From Candidatus Dadabacteria bacterium (GTDB lineage Bacteria; Desulfobacterota_D; UBA1144; Nemesobacterales; Nemesobacteraceae), in assembly GCA_007571325.1 (NCBI GenBank), contig RKRQ01000015.1, forward strand, positions 1 to 55,132: a stretch of 55,132 nucleotides of DNA. Direction: 5' to 3'. Made by a program: the position numbers and the translations under genes. The notes beneath the pieces were generated by a model. It was given only the letters and a program-made list of their open reading frames with translations. It was not told where the DNA came from and made no database searches. Below, one piece after another: positions 49,564-55,132 of the stretch (position 1 is the first letter of the stretch; each line of letters begins with the position of its first letter).

Positions 49564-49987
49564 CAGAATTCGATTCGCCGGACGATTAACACATCGTCCG
49601 TTATGTCAAAAATCATGGTTAAGGAAGATGGAACTATCAGCGCTGGGGAGTTTGTGTTGCGTCCTAAATGACCTGATGAAACGGGCCTTTCAATTGACTT
49701 AACTGGCTTGAAATTTTCGGTCGGGACAAGACTTGTCAGTTATAAGGAAGTACGGCGATTGTTTCTCCTGCAGCTTAGACCGAAAGGGAGATTTGCCGAG
49801 ATGAATTTGGGGGAGATTGGGCGGAAAGTGGCGGAGGAAATGGATTCGCGTCGGTGTGGTCTACAATCCTATTGAGGTGGAGGGTGAGTATAAGGCCGAT
49901 CCCTCTCACGCGGAGATGAACGGATTGCCGGCCGGAGAGTCCGACCACGCGATGTTTATCGTATATCTGATTGCAGAAGATAGGTAA
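49560..49987 (+). pseudogene. degraded small gene with ADP-ribosyltransferase/RES-like motif pattern
   Basis: stitched frames MTEFDSPDD*HIVRYVK / MVKEDGT..GEFVLRPK*PDETGLSI / NWLEIFGRD / EVRR..LRPKGRFAEMNLG / YNPIE..KADPSHAEMNGLP; several stops and frameshifts. Confidence 0.65.
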
Positions 49988-50094
49988 GGATATAGGAATT
50001 TGACCTGCCAGCACCACCTCGGATTTTGTTGACAAAAAAAGATGTCTTTATATGATTAGCGAATCATAAAGAATTGTCAGAAAGGGAGTCTAGT

Positions 50095-50688
50095 TTGAAA
50101 GTGACACGTAAAGCTGTTTTAGAAAGAAGAACTTCCGAAGTTAGCGCCAGTGTTGAACTTGATCTTGACGGAACCGGGAAATTCGATATTTCGACAGGGG
50201 TGCCGTTTTTCGATCACATGCTGAGTCAGTTCGCAAAGCACGGATATTTTGATCTCACGGTGAAAGCCGAGGGGGATATAGACGTTGATTTTCACCATAC
50301 TGTTGAAGACGTAGGTATAACTCTCGGACAGGCTTTTTACGAGGCTCTCGGAGACAAGAAGGGGATCACAAGGTACGGACACGCTATAATTCCTTTTGAC
50401 GATGCTCTTGTCGCGGTTGCTGTCGACCTGAGCGACAGACCCTGCTTCGTTTTCAAGGGAGAGATTCCCGGGGGCAAGGTCGGGGATTTTGACTCAGAGC
50501 TTGCCGAGGAGTTTTTCAAGTCTCTTACGAACTCTCTTCGTTGCAATCTTCATATTGAGTTTCGCCATGGAACCAATCTGCACCATATAATAGAAGCCAT
50601 GTTCAAGGCGCTGGGAAGGTCCATGGATATTGCCTCGGCACTTGATGGTCGTCGTGACGATATCCCTTCGACCAAGGGGACGCTGTAG
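50095..50688 (+). CDS. hisB: imidazoleglycerol-phosphate dehydratase
   Basis: FFDHML, DFHHTVED, NLHHIIEA.FKA, PSTKG; TTGACA-16-TATGAT promoter at 50029-50056. Confidence 0.96.
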   Translation: MKVTRKAVLERRTSEVSASVELDLDGTGKFDISTGVPFFDHMLSQFAKHGYFDLTVKAEGDIDVDFHHTVEDVGITLGQAFYEALGDKKGITRYGHAIIPFDDALVAVAVDLSDRPCFVFKGEIPGGKVGDFDSELAEEFFKSLTNSLRCNLHIEFRHGTNLHHIIEAMFKALGRSMDIASALDGRRDDIPSTKGTL

Positions 50689-51308
50689 TGATTTCCATCA
50701 TAGATTACGGGATGGGGAACTTAAGGAGCGTTGAAAAAGGTTTTACCTCCCAGGGGATACCCGTTCGCGTGATCACCGATCCGGGCGATGTGGCAAATTC
50801 AAGCGGAGTTGTGCTTCCGGGAGTTGGGGCTTTCGGCGACTGCGTCAGGAACCTGCGCGAGCGTTCCATGATCGGGCCCATAAAGAATTTTATCGAAAGC
50901 GGGCGACCTTTTCTGGGAATATGCTTGGGGTTTCAGGTGCTTTTTGAGTCAAGCGAAGAGGCTCCGGGAGAACCGGGACTGGGAGTGTTGAAGGGAAAAG
51001 TCGTGAGGTTTCGCGGTGAGGAGAAAAAAATGAAAGTGCCTCACATGGGCTGGAACAGGGTAAAAATGCCCGCGCAAAGTCCCATACTCAAAGGGATACC
51101 GCAGCGAAGCTGGTTTTATTTCGTTCACTCTTACTACGTAGTCTCGGAGAGGCGCGGGGTGAATGTTTTGCTCTCCGATTACGGAGGCGAGTTTGAGGCG
51201 GGAGTCATATCCGGAAATCTTTTCGCCTTCCAATTCCACCCTGAAAAAAGCTCCGACTACGGGCTCGTGATCTTGAGGAATTTCTCAAGGCTCTGTCTCG
51301 GGGACTGA
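50688..51308 (+). CDS. hisH: imidazole glycerol phosphate synthase glutaminase subunit
   Basis: IDYGMGNL, LPGVGAF, GICLG, YFVHSY, QFHPEKS. Confidence 0.97.
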   Translation: MISIIDYGMGNLRSVEKGFTSQGIPVRVITDPGDVANSSGVVLPGVGAFGDCVRNLRERSMIGPIKNFIESGRPFLGICLGFQVLFESSEEAPGEPGLGVLKGKVVRFRGEEKKMKVPHMGWNRVKMPAQSPILKGIPQRSWFYFVHSYYVVSERRGVNVLLSDYGGEFEAGVISGNLFAFQFHPEKSSDYGLVILRNFSRLCLGD

Positions 51309-53296
51309 TTTTTCTCCTTTCCGTAAAACGCTTCGTAGGCCGCGTAGCTTCTCAGTATTTTTTTAACGTAGTCCCTTGACTGCTTAAACGGGATTTCTTC
51401 TATAAATTCGTCAATATCAAGCGCCCCGTTTTTCTCATTCCATATCTTGGCGTTCGTAGGTCCGCCGTTATACCCTGCTACGCTTAGGATTAGGTTTCCC
51501 TCAAAGATTTTTAGCAGCCAGCTTAGGTAGTAGCATCCAAGGTTAATGTTCACCTCTGGAGAGAAAAGTTGGGAAGTCTTGAAATTGCCAAGTTCCAACT
51601 TGGTTGCCGCTTCGAGCGCCGTTGTTGGAAGAAGTTGCATGAGTCCCCTGGCGTCAGAAACCGAAACCGCCTCTGTATCGAAATGACTTTCCTCTCTTAT
51701 GACCGAATAGACCAGAAATTCATCAAGTGAGTGTTTGCGCGAGAAAAATCTTACATGCTCTTCAAATCCCTTCGGAAAAGACAAGCGAAGAGCTTCGGGA
51801 GAACGTAGACCGGCTGCCGTGTTTATGGAGCCTTTATAATTCCGGGCTTCCAGATAAAGCGAGGCGAGATGGAGTTTCTGCCCGACGGTTTTTGCCTGAG
51901 GGCGAAGCAGACCGGCTTCTCTGAGCGCAAGGTCGTATGTTCCGGCTTTACTGAAGAAAAGAAATTTCTTGAGTGCGGGGTTTTCCCCGAAAGGGTTTCC
52001 CGAATAAGCGGCAGTCGGACTTTGGGGTGGAAGAAAGGGTCTTTTCAGTTTCAGCCTCGCCAGAGACGAATAATAGCTTATATGTGGAGAATCTGCGAGT
52101 TTTCCAAGCGCGAAAAGCGTACTGGGCTTGTCTCCCATTCTCTCCGTTGTCCTTGCATACCAGTAAATGAAACGTTCCCGCTCGCTTCCTGCTGACCAAG
52201 CGCGAGAGGAGAAAATATCGAGCGCCTTTTGATATTCCTTTTTTTTATAGTGTATCCACCCGAGATTCCACGCGCTTTTCGAAGCTTCTTTTCTGCCGGG
52301 ATATTTGTCGATGATAAGATTGTAGAGACTTTGCGCTTCTTTAAATTCTTCGCGCAGGGACAGAAGCCGGGCGGCTGTGACGAGCGATTTCGCGGTCCAG
52401 CGGCTTTTGGGGTTAAGCCTATAGAGAAGTTTGAATGTCTCTATTGCCTCATTTTCCCTTTCCATTCTGGAGAGAGTCAGTCCCTTCCAGTAAAAGGCCT
52501 TGGGGGAGTCTATGCCGGAGAAAGCTTTTAGGGCATCTTCAAACCTAGATAGCCTGTAGAGGCAAATACCGATTTTTGTTTTTACCGTTTTTGTCCGCGG
52601 AGACCTGGAGAGAGCCTCAAGAGCTTCCTTCCAGTTGCCGGCCTTGAACATTATCTCGCCTCTTTTTGCGAACTGCCGTGGGGAGGGATTAAAGACCTTT
52701 TTGTTTTTGCGGTAAAGTTCAAACACGTAGTCTGAAAAGCTTACTTCCGGGTGCTCTACCCATATTCTTTCGAATATTTTCGCCGCCAAGTAAAATGTCC
52801 CCTGTTTTTCCTTTATTTCACCGACGTTTTTTAGGTAAATGGCTTTTTTCCACCTGCTTTCGGTGCTGCGGGCGAGAAGGAAATACATGTCTTCCGCAGC
52901 CTCATGCCTTTTGGTTTCAATGTAGATTTCGGCAAGCTGCTCACGGCTGTCTTGGATTATTGCCGAGTTCGGATGATCTTTTAGTACTTTTAGGAAAAGC
53001 GCCTCGGCTTCTTCTGTTTGTCCCAGACCGAGCATTGCATTGGCTTCATAGTGAAGCAGGTAGTCCTCTATGTGGGCAAGTTTCCCTTTTATCTGGTCAA
53101 GCAGTTTTTTTACCTCTGAGTGCTGTTCGTTCTGGGCGTGACAATAGAGCTTCAAAAACTGCTTTTCAAGAGTTTTTGGATCGGAGAGCGGGATTTTTTC
53201 GCAATCAATTTCTTGAGCTTGAGAAGCTTGCGCCACAGCGAAAAGAAAAAGGCAAATGAAGAGAAAAGCGCTAAGAGCGACATTTTTTAACCTCAT
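51257..53296 (-). CDS. slt: soluble lytic transglycosylase with TPR-like helical domain
   Basis: signal peptide, REESHF, GLMQL, GYNGGP, FIEEIPF..SRDYVK. Confidence 0.9.
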   Translation of the reverse strand: MRLKNVALSAFLFICLFLFAVAQASQAQEIDCEKIPLSDPKTLEKQFLKLYCHAQNEQHSEVKKLLDQIKGKLAHIEDYLLHYEANAMLGLGQTEEAEALFLKVLKDHPNSAIIQDSREQLAEIYIETKRHEAAEDMYFLLARSTESRWKKAIYLKNVGEIKEKQGTFYLAAKIFERIWVEHPEVSFSDYVFELYRKNKKVFNPSPRQFAKRGEIMFKAGNWKEALEALSRSPRTKTVKTKIGICLYRLSRFEDALKAFSGIDSPKAFYWKGLTLSRMERENEAIETFKLLYRLNPKSRWTAKSLVTAARLLSLREEFKEAQSLYNLIIDKYPGRKEASKSAWNLGWIHYKKKEYQKALDIFSSRAWSAGSERERFIYWYARTTERMGDKPSTLFALGKLADSPHISYYSSLARLKLKRPFLPPQSPTAAYSGNPFGENPALKKFLFFSKAGTYDLALREAGLLRPQAKTVGQKLHLASLYLEARNYKGSINTAAGLRSPEALRLSFPKGFEEHVRFFSRKHSLDEFLVYSVIREESHFDTEAVSVSDARGLMQLLPTTALEAATKLELGNFKTSQLFSPEVNINLGCYYLSWLLKIFEGNLILSVAGYNGGPTNAKIWNEKNGALDIDEFIEEIPFKQSRDYVKKILRSYAAYEAFYGKEKNQSPRQSLEKFLKITSP

Positions 53297-54105
53297 CACC
53301 TTGCACTCTCCGAGGCGAGAAGATCCCTTATTCCTTCTCCGAAAAGATTGAATGAAAGCGCCGTAACGAAAATCGCGAGGCTGGGGAACACTATAAGATG
53401 CGGAAACGTCCTTATGCCCTGCCATCCAGTGCTGGCCAACGTGCCCCAGCTCGCATCCGGCGGGGATATTCCCAGTCCAAGAAAGCTCAGGGTGGATTCG
53501 GTAAGGATAGCGTATGGAACCGAAAACGTAACGGTCACTATAAGAGGACTCAGGGTGTTTGGAAGAATATGCTTTAGTAAAATGCTCCGAGGCGAGGCTC
53601 CAAGCGCCTTTGCCGACTCTACGTACTCAAACGATTTTATCTGAAGCACGCTTCCCCTTACTATTCTTGCAACCCTCATCCAAGACATGACCCCAAGAGA
53701 TATCACTATGCCCGTAACCCCGGTTCCTATGACTAGAGTCAAAAGTACGACAAGCAAAAGATCGGGAACGGCGTAGAATACATCCACCGTGCGCATTATA
53801 AGTTCGTCCGTTTTGCCTCCCGCGTATCCCGAGACCGCTCCCAGCACTGTTCCGATGACAAGAGCCATGGCTGCTGTTCCGATTGCTACGGCGATCGATA
53901 TCCTTGAGCCGTAAATTATCCTGCTCAGCAGGTCGCGGCCCTCCTGGTCGGTTCCCATAAGGTGTTGGGAATCGGGAGCGCGAAGGGCGTTTGGGAAATC
54001 CGTCCGGTCGTATTCGTACGGAGAGAGCACGGGAGCGAAAATCGCTGCCAGAACTATGAGACATATTATCGTTCCGGTGATTATTATCTGGGTTTTTAAG
54101 TACAT
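53296..54105 (-). CDS. oppC: oligopeptide ABC transporter permease (OppC/DppC)
   Basis: MGTDQEGRDLLSR, EYVESAKALGAS, HILPN, LSFLGLG. Confidence 0.92.
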   Translation of the reverse strand: MYLKTQIIITGTIICLIVLAAIFAPVLSPYEYDRTDFPNALRAPDSQHLMGTDQEGRDLLSRIIYGSRISIAVAIGTAAMALVIGTVLGAVSGYAGGKTDELIMRTVDVFYAVPDLLLVVLLTLVIGTGVTGIVISLGVMSWMRVARIVRGSVLQIKSFEYVESAKALGASPRSILLKHILPNTLSPLIVTVTFSVPYAILTESTLSFLGLGISPPDASWGTLASTGWQGIRTFPHLIVFPSLAIFVTALSFNLFGEGIRDLLASESAR

Positions 54106-54127
54106 CTTGTCAAGGGACCAGAGAAGC

Positions 54128-54487
54128 TTAATTGTCCTTTTTGTGCGTCGCCCTAACGACCGTCTTTATTCCGCCGCGGATGTTGAAGTCCCCCGTGACT
54201 TCAACCGATCTGGGGTCGCACGCGGAAACAAAGTCGTTCAGGATCCTGTTTGTCACATGCTCGTGAAACTCCCCGGTGTTTCTGTAGGAAAACATGTAAA
54301 GCTTAAGAGATTTAAGTTCTACGCATAGGTTGTCGGGTACGTATTTTATTCTTATGGTGGCAAAGTCCGGCTGCCCCGTCTTGGGGCAAACGCAGGTAAA
54401 CTCGGGACAGGATATTTCGATTTCGTAATTCCTCTCCGGATTTTTGTTCTCGAAAGTCTCAAGGATTTCCGGTTTTGGTTCTTCCAT
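54128..54487 (-). CDS. queF: preQ0 reductase (7-cyano-7-deazaguanine reductase)
   Basis: PEFTCVCPKTGQPDF, ELKSLKLY, FHE, RGGI. Confidence 0.96.
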   Translation of the reverse strand: MEEPKPEILETFENKNPERNYEIEISCPEFTCVCPKTGQPDFATIRIKYVPDNLCVELKSLKLYMFSYRNTGEFHEHVTNRILNDFVSACDPRSVEVTGDFNIRGGIKTVVRATHKKDN

Positions 54488-54641
54488 AGTCTTAAGAGGC
54501 GCTCCCGCGGCTTTTGCAACCTCACCTTGTACTGCGTACTGCCTAATTTATCAGATGTAAACCGGCAATCAACCCCGGCGTCGGGATTCCCCCGGTTTGA
54601 CTCCGTGGTGTTTAGAGTAAATAATCTTTTTCTCTGCGCTT

Positions 54642-54715
54642 TGGGGCATCGTATAACGGCAGTACAGCGGACTCTGGATCCGCTAGTCTAGGTTCGAATC
54701 CTAGTGCCCCAGCCA
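54642..54715 (+). tRNA. tRNA-Gln(CTG)
   Basis: TGGGGCA/TGCCCCA acceptor stem, CTCTGGA anticodon loop, TTCGAAT T loop, encoded CCA. Confidence 0.95.
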
Positions 54716-54793
54716 GCTTTCTTGAAACCCGAAGCGCAGAACCCTCAGGTTAAGTTTTCAGACAAGGAGACAATACCGACTTTCGATATCGCC

Positions 54794-55132
54794 TTATATA
54801 AACGGATCTTCTGTGGGTTCCGTCCCCTCGCTGAGTATATTCAGATAATCTTCATATACGAAGATCTGTCCACGTTTTTTCCCTGTAACCTCCTTCAAAA
54901 TACCTAGCTTCTGTAGATGCTTTAAGGCTTTTCTTATCGTAGGATCGGAAAGTTCTAGGCTTCTGCGTGCGTCGGGAACAGATATGACGGGTGTTTTTTG
55001 CAGGAACCTGTAGACTTTGAACGTCGCCAAGGCAGGACGGCCTGACTGTTCAATCCGACCGTGGTCACGCTGTGAGATATCCAGTATTTTGTGGGCAGTG
55101 TCTGAGGCCTGTACGGATGTGTGTGCTATGGC
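54794..55132 (-). CDS. C-terminal winged-helix part of a probable Fic-family protein (truncated by window edge)
   Basis: frame open from the window end; ends LS.PTIRKALKHLQKLGILKEVTGKKRGQIFVYEDYLNILSEG, typical of Fic-HTH C-termini; catalytic motif not in window. Confidence 0.7.
   Translation of the reverse strand, partial: AIAHTSVQASDTAHKILDISQRDHGRIEQSGRPALATFKVYRFLQKTPVISVPDARRSLELSDPTIRKALKHLQKLGILKEVTGKKRGQIFVYEDYLNILSEGTEPTEDPFI

Noticed and set aside
49560-49987. Programmed recoding or selenocysteine explaining the in-frame stops
   Set aside because: Mixed TAA/TGA stops plus several frameshifts indicate decay; msrB, grxC, the AhpD-like and DsbA-like genes all use Cys.
54488-54560. 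preQ1 riboswitch upstream of queF
   Set aside because: No preQ1-I stem-loop with an A-rich tail is recognisable.
350-54907. Numerous antisense or overlapping ORFs in the track, and long N-terminal extensions (rplM, ino1, biotin carboxylase, slt, fabH)
   Set aside because: They shadow well-supported genes, lack motifs, or run across promoters and neighbouring genes.
1-55132. CRISPR arrays, IS elements, integrases, prophage genes, rRNA
   Set aside because: No regularly spaced repeats and no transposase, integrase, phage or rRNA signatures were seen by eye.

Overview
Bacterial chromosomal window spanning the replication origin. Protein style and gene content suggest a deltaproteobacteria-like lineage, possibly Ca. 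Dadabacteria; this is an inference only. Most of it is housekeeping: a sigma-70 factor, ino1, rplM-rpsI, an acyl-CoA carboxylase, coaE, gltX, fabH, mnmE, folate genes, thiL, dnaA-oriC-dnaN, gspLMN, pheA-hisC-tyrA, msrB, cofC, hisBH, slt, queF, tRNA-Met and tRNA-Gln. Elements read directly from the DNA and missing from the ORF track: (1) a cobalamin riboswitch whose kissing loop would mask the SD of a 46-codon leader ORF that overlaps btuB; (2) an unannotated zinc-free rpmG in a fur/zur-merC-rpmG-rpmB cluster; (3) two perfect parS sites, one of which looks like it doubles as a terminator; (4) oriC with DnaA-trios and non-canonical DnaA boxes; (5) a decaying three-gene ATGA-coupled module at 48.7-50.0 kb that resembles a toxin/antitoxin/accessory system. 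All family assignments come from motif recognition, not database searches.
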